Part shown: positions 39,521 to 53,924 of the stretch, one piece after another
Numbering within the stretch: position 1 is the stretch's first letter
Layout: every line of letters starts with the position of its first letter
Origin: Octopus vulgaris
Taxonomy: Eukaryota
Length of the DNA: 64,000 bases
Direction of reading: 5' to 3'
NCBI GenBank assembly: GCA_951406725.2
Contig: OX597829.1
Coordinates: forward strand, 27,280,001 to 27,344,000
Notes under the pieces: generated by a model
Database searches by the model: none
The model's input: only the letters and a program-made list of their open reading frames with translations
Told to the model about the DNA's origin: nothing
Translations under genes and position numbers: made by a program

Positions 39521-40231
39521 TATTTACATATTTCCGAAATATCAGATTACATATAAAATACATTCATTACTACAATCAAATCTTGTCAAGATTCTCTATT
39601 TTGCAAACAAAGTACATTCAAATAATTTCAAAATACCTTATTAAACTCCTTAATGTCCGTTATTACAAAAATACATCAAAGTACATACACACACACACAC
39701 TCACAACACGGCACCACAGCACACACACACACACGTACATATACACACAACAGGTTTTCACGCAGTTCCCGTGTACCAAATTCACTCACAAAGCCATTAT
39801 TCGGTCCGGAATTGATGTTGAAAACAACAGGCCTTAGGTTACCACCGCACGATGGGACTGAACCCGAAACTATGTGGCTGGAATTGCAAAGCGAGCTTCA
39901 TAATCACTTAGCTATGCCTGCGCCTGTGTGTAAGGAGAATTATCACCATTTATTTAATGTGTTAATTTTTAAAATAAAATAATGACCCCCCACACACACA
40001 CACTCATTAAAAAACATTAAATTAGCCATTGTCTGCTTTTCCTTTTATTATATATATTTTTTATCTTTTAATCTTCACTAATCTTTGATTAAAGAAAAAA
40101 ATGCTCTTGACCGGACGGGGCATCGCGTTAACCCTTTGTCTGTCCAGAGTTACTTCATAAGTTTGTTCTAAACGCCCATGTTAGTTTTCACACTTCGTTA
40201 TTGGAAGATAATTTGGTTTAGTTGGTGGGTA

Positions 40232-40667
40232 TATTCTTTTCTGCTCTAAGGCACAAAGCCCGAAATTTTTGGGGAAGGGGGCCGGTCGATTAGATCAACC
40301 CCAGTACGCAACTGCTACTTAATTTATCGACCCCGAAAAATGAAAGGGAAAGTCGACCTCAGTGGAATTTGAACTCAGAACGTAAAAACAGACGAAATAC
40401 CGCTAAGCATTTCGTCCGGCGTGCTAACGATTCTTAGTTCTTTATTATCCACAAGGGCCTAAACATAGCGGGGACAAATAAGGACAGACAAAGGGATTAA
40501 GTCAATTACATCGACCTCAGTGCATAACTGGTACTTAATTTATCGACCTCAAAAGGATGATAGGTAAAGTCGACCTCGGCGGAATTTGAACTCAGAACGT
40601 AAAGACAGACGAAATACCGCTTTGCATTTCGCCCGGCCTGCTAACGTTTCTGCCAGCTCGCTGCCTA
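40232..40667 (-). mobile_element. Two adjacent SINE family B copies with different 3' tails
   Basis: 40232-40432 has the ggccccttcccc...gtgcc tail; 40433-40667 has the ccctttgtctgtccttatttgtcccc tail. Confidence 0.85.
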
Positions 40668-41101
40668 AGTTGGTGAGTATATTATCAGTTGGCAGGTAAT
40701 ATATATTGGAGACCTTAGATTATCAGCTAAGTGTCCTCTGCATCACATACGATGCACAACACCACACACACACACACACACACGCATACTCACAACTCTT
40801 GCTGAGTAATATAAAGCATTCTTTTCTTAAGTCCCAATTCGCTCTGGTGATTGAAAGAAAATGGAGATATGTATGATGTGTAGACGCCAGGGAATTATGT
40901 AACATATAATATAATATTACTAGTATACCCATGTTGTCAAAAATACGACAGTTCTGTTGATGATAGAAAATGGTGCATCAAAACAATTGGCGAAATCATT
41001 TATAAATGTCAGCAATCGATTAAATACATGTACATACACGTAATTGAAGCACCTGAACAGAAAGTTGTAATGTCTCGGTGGAAAATGTTATAGTACACAT
41101 A

Positions 41102-41136
<35 letters not shown>

Positions 41137-41151
41137 TGTATGTATGTATGT

Positions 41152-41229
<78 letters not shown>

Positions 41230-41234
41230 GTACG

Positions 41235-41460
41235 CTTTACTCTTTTACTTGTTTCAGTCTTTTGACCGTGGCCATGTTGGAGCACCACCTTTAGTCGAGC
41301 AAATCGACCCCAGGACTTATTCTTTGTAAGATTAGTACTTATTCTATCGGTCTCTTTTGCTGAACCGCTAAGTTACGGGGACGTAAACACACCAGCATCA
41401 GTTGTCAAGCGATGTTGGAGGGGACAAACACAGACACACAAATACACACACACACACATA

Positions 41461-41506
<46 letters not shown>

Positions 41507-41875
41507 GTGTGTGTGTCGTCTACTAGAGTCCTAAGGAAACCAAAACCTTGTGAGTGGATTTGGTAAACAGGAACTGAAAGAAGCCCATCGTATATGTGTG
41601 TGTGTGTGTTATGTTTCAATCATTAGACTGCGGCCATGTTATGGCACTGACTTGAAGTGCACAAATACAGGCAGAATTACTCACACACACACACACACAC
41701 ACAACACACACACATATACGATGGGCTTCTTTCAGTTCCTGTTTACCAATTCCACTCACATGGCTTTGTTCTCCTTGGGACTCTAGTAGACGACACTTAC
41801 ATAATGTGTCATGCAGTGGGACTGAACCCATAGCCATATGGTAGGTGAGAAGACTTCTTACCACATATACAGACA
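41235..41875. mobile_element. Cluster of SINE A pieces in both orientations
   Basis: 41235-41460 (-), 41514-41605 (+), 41608-41685 (-), 41708-41870 (-). Confidence 0.8.
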
Positions 41876-41958
41876 TTTACACACATATGTACACACACAC
41901 ACACACACACACTTATGCATACGTATATTCATATATGCATCTATGCATGTGTATACAA

Positions 41959-42015
<57 letters not shown>

Positions 42016-42130
42016 TGTGTGTGTGAATGTGTTATCCTTTGCATAAGAAAAGGAAGAAGGGTTAGTTTCAGAAAAAACAGGCATGGAAAAATGGACTAAA
42101 AAGAAAGATGAAAACACACACACGCACGCA

Positions 42131-42188
<58 letters not shown>

Positions 42189-42489
42189 CGCGCGCGCACA
42201 CAAACACACACACATGTGTATATCTCACCACCATCATCATCATCATCATTATCTTTTAACGTCTGCTTCCCATTCTTACCACATATGCACACGCACATAT
42301 ACAAACATATACACATACATGTGTGTGTGAGAGAGAGAGTAATTCTGCCTGTGTTTGTCCACTTCAAGTCAGTGCCACAACATGGCCGCAGTCTAATGAT
42401 TGAAACATAACACACACACACACACACACACCTATATACTTACATAATATGTCATACAGTGGGACTGAACCCATAGCCATGTGGTAGGA

Positions 42490-43127
42490 GACTGTTTGAC
42501 ATGGAGCTGGCTTGCAGGGAGCTGTCCAGGCTCCAACTGTCTGTTGCGGCATGGTTTCTACAGCTGGATGCCCTTCCTAACGCCAACCACTTCAGCAGAG
42601 CGTGCCGGGTGCTTCTTACGTGTTACCGTTATGGGTGCGTTAACGCAGCACCAGTACGGGTGTTTTGGACGAGCCTGTATGTGTGGAAGACAACAATTTT
42701 ACTTAGATTGACATGCCTCATCAAGTACAGCAAATAGCCACATCTCCCAGTCTTTTGTCATTTCCTCGGTGAGGCGTCCGAAGATCTTTCCTCACCACTT
42801 CGTCCCCCCCCCCCGTCTTCCTCGGTCTACCTCTTCCACAGGTTCCCTCCGCAAGAGGTGCTGGGCACTTCTTTATACAGCTGTCCTCATCCATACGCAC
42901 AGCATGACCAAACCAGCGCCGTCTTCTTTCTTGTACACATCTGATGCCTCTCATACCCAGTTTTTTTCTCTTAATTCATTTACTCTTTGTCGTGCATGCG
43001 CACTCACATTACCCATTCAGTGGAGCATGCTAGCTTCATTTCTTTCAAGCCTTTGCAACTCCTCTGTAATCAAAACCCATGTCTCACTGCCATGTAACAT
43101 AATTGTACGTACACAGGCATCATACAA
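42490..43127 (-). mobile_element. RTE LINE 3' fragment (tail piece at ~42232-42272)
   Basis: LYDACVRTIMLHGSETW...ERRRRWFGHAVRMDEDSCIKKC...GRGRPRKT. Confidence 0.88.
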
Positions 43128-43136
43128 TATATATAT

Positions 43137-43515
43137 ATGGTTGTGTGGTAAGTAGCTTGCTTAGCAACCACATGATTCCAGGTTCAGTCCCACAGCGTGG
43201 TACCTTGGGCAAGTGTCTTCTATTATAGCCTCGGGCCGACCAAAGTTTTGTGAGTGGATTTGGTAGGCGGAAACTGAAAGAAGCCCGTCGTATATATGGA
43301 TATATGTGTATATGTTCGTGTGTCTGTGTTTGTCCCCTCAACATCGCTTGACAACCGATGCTAGTGTGTTTACGTCCCGTAACTTAGCGGTTGGGCAAAA
43401 GAGACCGATAGAATAAGTACTAGGCTTACAAAAAATAAGTCCTGGAGTCGATTTGCTCGACTAAAAGGCAGTGCTCCAGCAAGGCCACAGTCAAATGACT
43501 AAAACAAGTAAAGAG
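43137..43515 (+). mobile_element. SINE family A
   Basis: Near full-length copy. Confidence 0.9.
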
Positions 43516-44106
43516 TATATATATATATATATATGAAGTTTATAAATGTTACATGAACGATAATATTTGAAAACAAAAGAGTTTAATATTTAATTTCATA
43601 TATAATATTTGTGTGTATGTGTTAAATTGATAAAACAAATATATTTTACGAAAAAAATTTAGTTTCAATTTGATTAAAATACCAACGACTTCAGAGCAAA
43701 ACATCTCATTATAATTCACCTGCATTTAGCATCTCTGAGTACCATTCACTTCTACTCCGTTTGCTATTTTAGTTCCTCCCGTCCAGCGTGACCGCTTCAT
43801 TGCACTTTATTATATGTACGATAAGATAAGAAAGTAGAATGGACTTTCAAATACAAATGACAAACAGAGCAACTAAGTAGAGACGCTGTTATAGCAAGGA
43901 GTGTTGAAGCGCTGTTTCTTTAAGCATTACAAGACAGATATATAGAAAATGAACAGAATGAATCCAGCATGTGTTGAATGACTTACAAAGTATAAATCGT
44001 ATAAAGAAGAACAAATTCAACAGCTTCAAGCACTAAAATGTTACTCTCAAAAAGATGTGTGTATAGCATATATATATCCATCTCTTCGTTTAAATGTTTG
44101 TTTGCG

Positions 44107-44438
<332 letters not shown>

Positions 44439-44634
44439 CAAATCCCACCTACCTCTCTATTTATCTTTCATCTTTGCCTATCATCTTTTCGGGGTCGATA
44501 AAGCAATAGTCAAATACTAACACCGGCGGTAACGACTAACCTTCTCCCTTAGAAACTACTGGCTTCGTGCCAAAATTAAAACCCATTATTGTTGTTGGTC
44601 TGTCACCGTCGTCGTAGTCCTTCTCCTCCTTCTC

Positions 44635-44666
<32 letters not shown>

Positions 44667-45171
44667 GTCGTCGTCGTCATCATCATCATCATCATATGTG
44701 GCCACTGCTATTTTTATATTTTATGTCTATTTTTATCTATTTTCTTCCCATAAATCCAAGAATACCAGTTGTATGATTAATTTTCACGTTCACTCCTTAC
44801 GACTCCCTCCCCACCTCCATCGCTTTCTCTTTAATCATTCCGTCCACTCCTGAACACTCCCCCCCCCCCATTCTCAGTCTCCCTTCAGCCTTATTTCCTC
44901 TTCCTCTTCTGCGCCTTACCATTCTTTTTCTTCTTCGGTTCATAATCTTCCTCTTTTCTGGCTGATCCCTGTTTCTCTGTTTATTCACGATATATAACGA
45001 GTACAGAGCAGGAATAGGGATACTCACAAGTTCTCGGCTCTGAGATTGCGTTATGGAGTGAATCTCGCAGTGTAACTCCGGCTGAAGGAAGGACCGCAGT
45101 GGCTGTTGCAAGTACATGCACGAAACAGTGAATCCAAACACAATTCCTTTCTTGAAGATGTCATTACAGCT

Positions 45172-45280
45172 TTCTCTTCTTCCTCTTAATCCTTTTTGCC
45201 CTTTGTGGAGCATAGGCCCTCAACAGTTGTTTTCCACTTTTTACGGTCATTGGCGTGTTTCTTGGTTGCTTCCCATGTCA
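45172..45280 (-). mobile_element. Extreme 3' end of another RTE LINE
   Basis: Minus strand TWEATKKHANDRKKWKTTVEGLCSTKGKKD* followed by a GAA-rich tail, typical of an RTE C-terminus. Confidence 0.7.
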
Positions 45281-45299
45281 GTTAAAACCAAGTCATTTG

Positions 45300-47430
45300 A
45301 CCTACAAGGACACTGGACATAGAAAGGAGTGATGGGGGAGAAATGCAAATGAAGAGGTCTTACTAAACTTCTTTGCTGGAAATGGGCTCGCCATTATGAA
45401 CACCTTCTTCTAACACAGGGATACTCTTTGGTATATCTGGTACAGGGATACTTTTGGAGAGAGGTCATTGGTCATTGATAGATTTTGTTATCGTCTCTGA
45501 CTTCTCTGATTCTTCTTTGGACGTTCGTGTAAAGAGAGAGGTGGATCTATCACCTGATCACCACCTAACTGTTTGCAATTTGAGAGTCTCTACAGCAGGG
45601 ACAACTCACAATACTAGTAGGTCCAGTATAGGATAAAGTAGGAAGCCCTGGCGAATAATTGTTTCAGAAAAAATATGCAGACACTATTGCATCCAAATTT
45701 GGAGAATTTCCTGAACAAACTGAGTATGTCGCAATTGAGTGGAGATAGTTTTGTTCAGCAGTTTCTTCTTCGGCTGTACGTAAGCGGCTCGGTGTGGAGC
45801 CAAGTAGTAAAGAACCCCTTGATTTAACCTGGAAGTTAAAATTTGCAATCCGAACAAAGAAATAGCTTACAAAGCCTCCTCTTTTGCGCAGGTAGTACAC
45901 TTAACCTTAGACGTTCTTACTGTCTCTGTTGCAACTTGTCGCGCCTAAGTCATGGAAGGACTTTGGCGTCAAGCTGGACTCTGACTATAGGTTGGCCAAT
46001 AAAGTATTCAGGCAGACCATCCACCGACTTCGTAACAAGAAGCCGTCTTCCACGCATGTCATTAAGAACTCGGCTGAGATTCTTTCTTCAGAGAAGCGTA
46101 TTCTCGGAAGGTGGAGAGAGTACTTTGCTGATCTTCTAAATCCGGTCACAATAAATATCTTCAGGTGGGTACGAGATCCATCTATGTGTAAAGACTAACC
46201 TCACTGACGTTAAAGTCATATAGGTAATTGAAGCGTTCAAATGTTGTAAGTCCGCTGGAGATGATGAATTTTGGCCTGAGATGTTAAAAGTATTTAGAGA
46301 AGGTATTCCCTAGCAGATCAATGTGTGTCAGGTGACTTGAACCGTTGGAAAGACAACAAAGCAGTGGAAATCCGGGTTGATAATCCAACTCCTGGACAAC
46401 TAATCAGATATTGACTCTATGAGAGGTCTTCTAGAAATCGTAGGAATATTGCCAAGAAGTGTTCGTTTGCTTTGTACACCCTGAAAAGGAATATAACTGC
46501 GTGTCGCGGGACATACTGTGGAGGGTCTTGCTGGAGTTTGGAATTAATGGGCAACTTTTGGTTACTGTGAAGTCCCCAAACTAATACCTAGATGTTTGTG
46601 TTCGAGTAAATTGTACTAATACGGTAAATTGTTGTACGTGGATGTTGGACTTCGGTAGAGGTGTGTATCGACACCTCTCATTTTCATAATTTTTATGAAC
46701 TGGATTAACATGTGCAGCCATTTTGGAAGTGGTATCACAATATATTGGTGTAGAATTGGTTGGCTGATATTTGTAGGTGAAATGGCGCCGCTTGTTTCTT
46801 CAGAAAGTGATCTCTACAATGTACTGAATGAATTTATCTGCTGAGTACTGCAAGGCAGGGATGAGAATTAATGTCGCAGAAACTGAGACACTGATTCGCT
46901 CAAGAAAGTCTTTGCAGTGCACTCTGTATGTTAGTGGAACATTACTGAGACAGGTTGAGAATTTTAAGTATCTCGGCGCAGTATTCACGAGTGACGAGAG
47001 GAAAGAGGCAGAATTGGATGCTAGAATTGCTGGTGTTAATCCAGTAATGTACCACCTTCAGCATTCGACCTTAAGACAGAGGTTTGTAAAAACCAAACTT
47101 GCTATATTCAATTTATGTTCGTGCTTATCTTCACCTGTGGCGATGAATGTTGGGCAATGAACGAAGGAGTACGATCGCAAATACATCTGTATTCGTAGCC
47201 GAAACGAAGCTCACCCGGAGGATCTCTGGAGTTCTGTTTCTCGACAGGTTGCGCAACTCAGAGATCAAGGTGTTTCTCCAGGACGAGAGAGAGAGAGAGA
47301 GAGAGGCTACAGTTCCACTACTACGTATATGTAATTAGAAAGTGGCAAGAAGGAACTGAAAATAGATTCAAGACCAACAAACCAACCGGTAGGAGACGTA
47401 GAGGTAGAACAAGAACGAGATTGCTGGATA
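45300..47430 (+). mobile_element. Decayed RTE-clade LINE with APE endonuclease and RT (second family, no PHD insert)
   Basis: NGLAIMNTFF, SLIDFVIVS...DVRVKR..DLSPDHHL (endonuclease), RWREYFADLLN, KSAGDDEFWPEMLK, QVENFKYLG; many stops. Confidence 0.9.
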
Positions 47431-47651
47431 TATACACTATAACATTATTTTTATTATTAAACTCTTCTGGCGCAGCCCGTTCAATCGTGTGGAAATTTGA
47501 GCAGAAAAGAGGGAAAATGCGAATAACAGCAGCTTAAAAACTCTGTCTAAATGATCTATTTGTAGTAAAACAGACATTGTATTTATATCTATAGTCTCAG
47601 TTGGTCATGCTTGTAAAGCCATCACTCTTTGATATATATATATATATATAT

Positions 47652-47696
47652 ATACTGACGTCAGTTTCGGTAATTTCCGTTGCTTCATCAGTAAGG
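47652..47696 (-). ncRNA. Degenerate hammerhead-like motif
   Basis: Minus strand CTGATGA-agcaa-cggaaa-ttacc-GAAA-CTGACGTCAG-TA; ACTGACGTCAGT is a perfect palindrome (stem III); stem II has two mismatches; stem I is cut off by (TA)n. Confidence 0.4.
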
Positions 47697-48065
47697 ACTA
47701 GCTCGACTTAGGCAGATTCCGGACTTAATTCTCTCTCAGTATATATGCTTTCAGTATAAGAATTTATGGATTATTTAGCGAATTAATATAGACAGCGGTA
47801 TGCAATGATTACCAAAAATTGCCACCGATCGAGAATTCCTTATATTGATGACAATTTCGGCGATTATAGGCCCTGCTAGTATTTATGTATACAATTATGT
47901 GCTTTGACTACAGCATTAAAGCATTTTTGCCCTTATTTCTAGCAATGTAGGTGTTTCTAATCATATTTAGTGACTAGAAACACCTACATTATTGTTTTCC
48001 TTTTTGGTAAAACATTGCATGCCGCTGTCTATGTTAATTTATATATATATATATATATACCCTTA

Positions 48066-48256
48066 TACTCTTTTACTTGTTTCAGTCATTTAACTGCGGC
48101 CATGCTGGAGCACCGCCTTTAGTCGAGCAAATCGACCCCGGGACTTATTCTTTGTAAGCCCAGTACTTATTCTATCGGTCCGTTTTGCCGAACCGCTAAG
48201 TAACGGGGACGTAAACACACAAGCAATGCTAGGGGGACAAACACGGACACACAAAC

Positions 48257-48299
<43 letters not shown>

Positions 48300-48416
48300 T
48301 ACGACAGGCTTCTTTCAGTTTCCGTCTACCAAATCCACTCACAAGGCATCGGTCGGCCCGAGGCTATAGTAGAAGACACTTGCCCAAGATGCCACGCAGT
48401 GGGACTGAACCCGGAA
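48066..48416 (-). mobile_element. SINE family A, head missing where the mariner begins
   Basis: Ends at gggactgaacccggaa just before the TA and mariner TIR. Confidence 0.88.
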
Positions 48417-48422
48417 TATATA

Positions 48423-49670
48423 ATGGGTCATTCCATAGATAATGCGGCTTTTTCAATTGCATGAACTAAAAGTCGGATGGGGCCGGGATAAACTATCTGT
48501 ATCAACTTGCTATAAAAGTAGTATTAATTTTACTGGTCGTATTCTTAGTGCAAGTTTTGAAGAGTGCAGTTCGATTTTAACAGTTCTTTTTTTCAAAACT
48601 ATAATGGAAGTGACAAAGGAGCATATTCAGCATATTTTGCTTTATGAGTTCAATAAAGGCAACGACGCAACGGAAAGTGTGAGGAATATTAATGCAGTAT
48701 ATGGGCATCGGACAATAAGCGTAAGCCAGTGTCAATGGTAGTTCCAGAAATTCCGAGCCGGAAACTACAGCTTGGAAGATGAACCTCGTCCTGGAAGATC
48801 TGTAGAGCTCGACGAGGACGTCCTGCAAAGCTTAGTGGTACAAAATCCCATCGTAACTGTTGGGGAACTAGTAGAGAAGCTTGGATTTGGTCATTCACCC
48901 GTTCATCGACACCTGCGTGCCATCGGAAAAGTCATCACATTGGATTAATGGGTTCCTCACAAACTTTCCGAGTTTAACTGCACGCAGAGAGCGTATAAGT
49001 GCTCTTCTTTGATGTCATACCTCACGAATGAACCTTTTTTGGACCGAATAGTGACTGGTGACGATGAAAATGTTGAGTGCTGATGACAGCGGGTAGAGAA
49101 AGGAGAAACACCGGCACCCTAGGCTTAAAGAATTTCTTCTACGTAAGTTGTTGTTATCTGTTTGGTGGGATATGAAAGGTTTAGTCCACTTTGAACTTTT
49201 AAACCCAAACCAAACGATAACAAAGGAGATTTACTGCGAGCAGCTTGAGCGGCTTATGTCAGCACTAGGAGAAAAACGACCGTCTTTGGTTTCAAAACGA
49301 TAGGTGTTTTCCATCAGGATAATGCTCGGACACATACAGCGAGGATGAAATTCCAAAGGCTGGAGCAGTCTGAATGAGAAACGATGTCCCAGACATTGTT
49401 CCATCTGATTATCATTTATTTCACAGTCTTCAAAATAATTTGGACGGAAAAAATATGAATTCTGTAGACGAGGTCAGAACAGTAGTGGAGGAGTATTTTT
49501 CGTCATGGACAAGTAAATTTTGGAAGAGGGGCCTTGCAGGTCTACCAGCTAGATGGAAGAGTATTATAGGAAATGAAGGAGAGTATATTTTAGATTAAAA
49601 AAGAACTTTGTTTATCTTAATTTTGAAAAATAAAAGTATAAAAAAACGCATTTTTTATGGGTTGACCCAA
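48423..49670 (+). mobile_element. Full-length defective mariner, same family as 12034-13229
   Basis: TIRs ATGGGTCATTCCATAGATAATGCG / CGCATTTTTTATGGGTTGACCCAA with TA TSD; MEVTKEHIQHILLYEFNKG, WVPHKL, IVTGD, HQDNARTH, PDIVPSDYHLF. Confidence 0.93.
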
Positions 49671-50775
49671 TATATTTGCATTCTATCATTCACCTAGGAG
49701 CGAAGGATGACTGTGTGCAGGATGGGAGAGGCAGCAACAATAATAGGAATCTTAATTTTTACTTTTTAAATAGAATCTCAGATTTTGGGGAACATTTTTT
49801 GTAGCTTATAAGGAAGTATAACCATAGGAGCTCAGCCGAAGCAAAAAGAATTTTAGGGGTGGACATTTTCAATACATTACGTTCTCATCCGAGGATGTAG
49901 CTTAAATTCCGCATTATTTTGAAGGGTTTTTTTTTTTTGCATTTTTCATTAATTCAGGCATATATTATTTTTCAATATAATAATATAAATTATTTACATG
50001 TTTTAAAGTTACGATACAATTATTAGAATTTTCATTAAAATTTCATCAAACTATTTCTTTGTCATTTATGATTTTATACACTCCTTATCATTTTCTCTTG
50101 CGTAGTACTATATATTCTATATGTTTTGTAGAATGATACATTAAGGAGCTTTTTTTATGGGTACCACCAGATTACTCGAAACCATGTATTGTTATATATA
50201 ACTACGTAAAGAGAGAACATGAGAAAGACGTTGCATAATTAATGAATCTTAAACTTAATTAATCCGTAAACAATATTTTTGTTTTATTTTCAATTCAGTA
50301 ATCACTTATATTTGTTTGTTAATTAATAAAATAATAATTAGTAATTACTTGAACTATATTTTATCGGTGCACGTGAAGAGTATTCAATTAAATCTTGCCA
50401 TATATCTAACTTAATATTTCAATAAAAAAAATATTACATTAAACCTTATTTTATGGAGACATATAAAGGCTGTTAACTGTTTATTCAACTAAAGTTCGTT
50501 GAGTAGATAACTTGTTAATTAAAAAAAAAAAAATAAATAAAAAAGACTAATTATTTCAGCTGCATTTTATAGACTTGTAAAGATTGTCGAATATTCTCAA
50601 TAAAGCTTGTTCTATAATAGATGAATATAACAAGCAGCACTAACTATCCAGGATATTGCGGAAAATTAGCTGTAAAATGTATTTCTAAATATTTAAAAGT
50701 GCATAAGTCGGTATATGTCTTGAGGGTAAATACAATGAAAATCAAGTCATATATATATATATATATATATGTATA

Positions 50776-50992
50776 TCTTTTACTCTTTTACTTGTTTCAA
50801 TCATTTGACTGTGGCAATGCTGGAGCACCGCCTTTAGTCAAGCAAATCGACCCCAGGACTTATTCTTTGGAAGCCTAGTACTTATTCTACTGACCCCTTT
50901 TGCCGAACCGCTAAGTTACGGGGACGTAAACACGCCAGCATCAGTTGTCAAGCGATGTTGGGGGGACAAACACAGGTACACAAACATACACA

Positions 50993-51033
<41 letters not shown>

Positions 51034-51190
51034 GACGGGCTTATTTCAATTTCCGTCTACCAAAATCCACTAACAAGGCTTTGGCAGGCCTGAGGCTATG
51101 GTAGAAGACACTTGCCCAAGGTGCCACGCAGTGGAACTGAACCCAGAACCATGTGGTTCGTAAGCAAGCTACTTACCACACAGCCACTGC
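50776..51190 (-). mobile_element. SINE family A
   Basis: Near full-length copy in reverse orientation. Confidence 0.9.
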
Positions 51191-51490
51191 TACACCTTAT
51201 ATATATATATCTCATACCTGCATTCACACACACACACATCCACCATGGTCAACACTGATCTATATTTGCACATGTATAACAATACCTGAGCAAGATTTTT
51301 ATGAAGAAGACGGACACCAGACCATTCATGCATCCGAAAAGATGAAAGGGAAACTTGATCTCGGCAGGACTGGATCTCGGAACGAATTCTATACAACAGT
51401 CTCTGTCAATTAATTCCTGTGTGTGTGCGCGCGAGTGTGAATGTGTGTGTGTTGAGCGCGTATGTGATTTGTAGTGTGTGTGTGTGTATA

Positions 51491-52004
51491 CTGTAAATCC
51501 TCGAGTATAATCCGCATGTTTTTCCCAAAATTTAAATGTCGAAATCCCTAGTGCGTACTATATACGCGGTGAAAAAGGAAAAATATTTTCTAAACAATGT
51601 CCGAGTCTCTATTTGCTGTCCGGCAATGTTTATTCAGACGCATTTTGTGATGTCGGTCGCGAAAATACCTTAAGCTAAGTCTGAAAGCAATGAAGTCATA
51701 AAAGAATCATTCATAACTTGCAGTAAGCAACATTTATTAAACGTTATTAACTGTTATTTCTTTATTTTCTGCAAACAAAATGCACAAAAAGACTACACAT
51801 TTGCATTATGTTATATATACAATAATAATAAAGGACGTTACAGTATACATTTTTACAAACCAAGGACGTTATATAGACCTCCTTGCCTCAAGTTAGAGAA
51901 GGGGTACGTATTATACACAAGGTTTAGGTTTTTTCAGAGGTACAGCCCCCTAAAAATCCGCTGCGTATTATACTCAAGGGCGGACTATACTCGAGGATTT
52001 ACGG
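51491..52004. mobile_element. Tc2/pogo-like MITE (514 bp)
   Basis: TIRs CTGTAAATCCTCGAGTATAATCCGC / GCGGACTATACTCGAGGATTTACGG, TA TSD, subterminal TGCGTA.TATA repeats. Confidence 0.85.
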
Positions 52005-52334
52005 TATATATATGTGTGTATGTGTGTGTGTGTATATTTGAAGTCTCTGTTCATTATAGTCCTAACTTAATCATTGTCCTCTCTCTTTAACGCTCACTCT
52101 CTTTCCGCCCGCCCGCCCGTCCGTCCATCCATCCATCCATCCATCCATCCATCATACATACATACATACATACAAAAACACACACACACATCATACATAC
52201 ATACATACATACATACATTCATTCATGCATGCTTACATACATACATCATACATACATACATACATACATGCATACATGCATACACACACACACACATACA
52301 TACATACATACATACATACATACATACATTCATG

Positions 52335-53100
52335 CATGGTGTTCGGTTTAAATTTGACGATATTTTATGTCTCCATTTTCCAGGGACAGCATAATGTATT
52401 GGTGAACAGTCAATGGTGTTGGAGAGCATAAAGACTAAATTGTAGTTGGACAACTAGTTAGCTGACATGGAGGACTGGAAGCCATTTGAATATTGGAAAA
52501 TAGTTTCGTATATCATGATGATTCGCGCCGGATATCAAAATGTCAACATTATGAACTACTCAATCTTCTGTGAACACTGTAAACTCTGTAAGACGTGACA
52601 TGGACAGCTGCAACGGAGACTACAAAGCCATGGCCAGCAAGAAAGGACACAGCAGGCGTGCTGACTATGTTCGCACGCCGGGATTAGTCCAACAGTTGGT
52701 GAATATAGTCGTAGGCTCAGTTCAGACGGCTATGCAAACCCGCTGGAGACTATGGTCACAAAACTGGCTGGTGAGGGTTGCTGCTGGGAGGCTATATGTG
52801 TGGCAGCAGGATTCAGTTCTTTGCCGTACCTCTGGAAGAGTCAGAAGTGAATGTCGGAGAATTTTTTTTACACTATCAGCCCCAATTTCTGGTTTCCTAA
52901 TTCCCTGCGATTGTAACCCCTTGGGTCGAGTTGGTGGCCAAGATCAAGGAGGTGTTCGAAGATCTTCACAGTGAGGAACAACTCATGCGCCAGCTCACAT
53001 GGCCATCTTGGGATCGTGGTGGAAGCTGAGGGCGGCTACTTTAAGTAAACTGTTACCTCTCAGCCGTAATCTTGTTGATTTTTAAAGATACTTTTATTTT
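52335..53100 (+). mobile_element. Decayed, internally deleted Tc1/mariner-superfamily (maT-like) transposon
   Basis: MIRAG...NTVNSVRR N-terminus and YVWQQDS...RTS, W.PNS.DCNPL catalytic-region remnants; boundaries approximate. Confidence 0.7.
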
Positions 53101-53107
53101 TGGATAC

Positions 53108-53471
53108 TTTTTTACATGTTTCAGTCATTTGACTGCGGCCTTGCTGGAGCACAGCCTTTAGTCGAACAAGGACTTATTCTTTCTAAGCCTATTACTTATT
53201 CTACCGAACCGCTAAGTTACCATGACATAAACACACCAACATCGGTTGTCAAGCGATGTGGGGTGGGGTGGAGGCAAACAGACACACAAACATATACATA
53301 TATTTATACGACGGACTTCTTTCAGTTTCCGTCTACCAAATCCACTCACAAGGCTTTGGTCGGCCTGAAGCTGTAGTAGAAGACACTTGCCCAAGGTGCC
53401 ATGCAGTGGGACTGAACTCGGAACCATGTGGTTGGGAAGCAAGTTTCTTACCACACAACCACGCCTACGCC
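53108..53471 (-). mobile_element. SINE family A
   Basis: Head and tail motifs in reverse orientation. Confidence 0.85.
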
Positions 53472-53568
53472 TCTAAGAAATTCTTGTCAGAAGTGAGATA
53501 GGATTTTTTTTTCTTTTTTTCTTTATACAAAGTTTCAAATTTAACCTGAACACTGTATAATGTTGGAC

Positions 53569-53670
<102 letters not shown>

Positions 53671-53862
53671 TTATATGTATACCCATATGAATGTGTGTTT
53701 ATGTTATTGTGTTTGGTAAACTTTGAAAGGCAAGGAGCGAGATTTCAATATAAACACTGGAAAAATAATTCCAAGTTCTCAGATAATTCAATTACAATAT
53801 GTAAACATCTGTATTTAAAAATAAACTTGCATTTTTGTATATCTTAACTACATTCCATTATC

Positions 53863-53922
<60 letters not shown>

Positions 53923-53924
<2 letters not shown>

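Noticed and set aside
39274-39837. Recurrent peptide [36 protein letters not shown] in many ORFs
   Set aside because: Antisense translation of SINE A, not a protein family.
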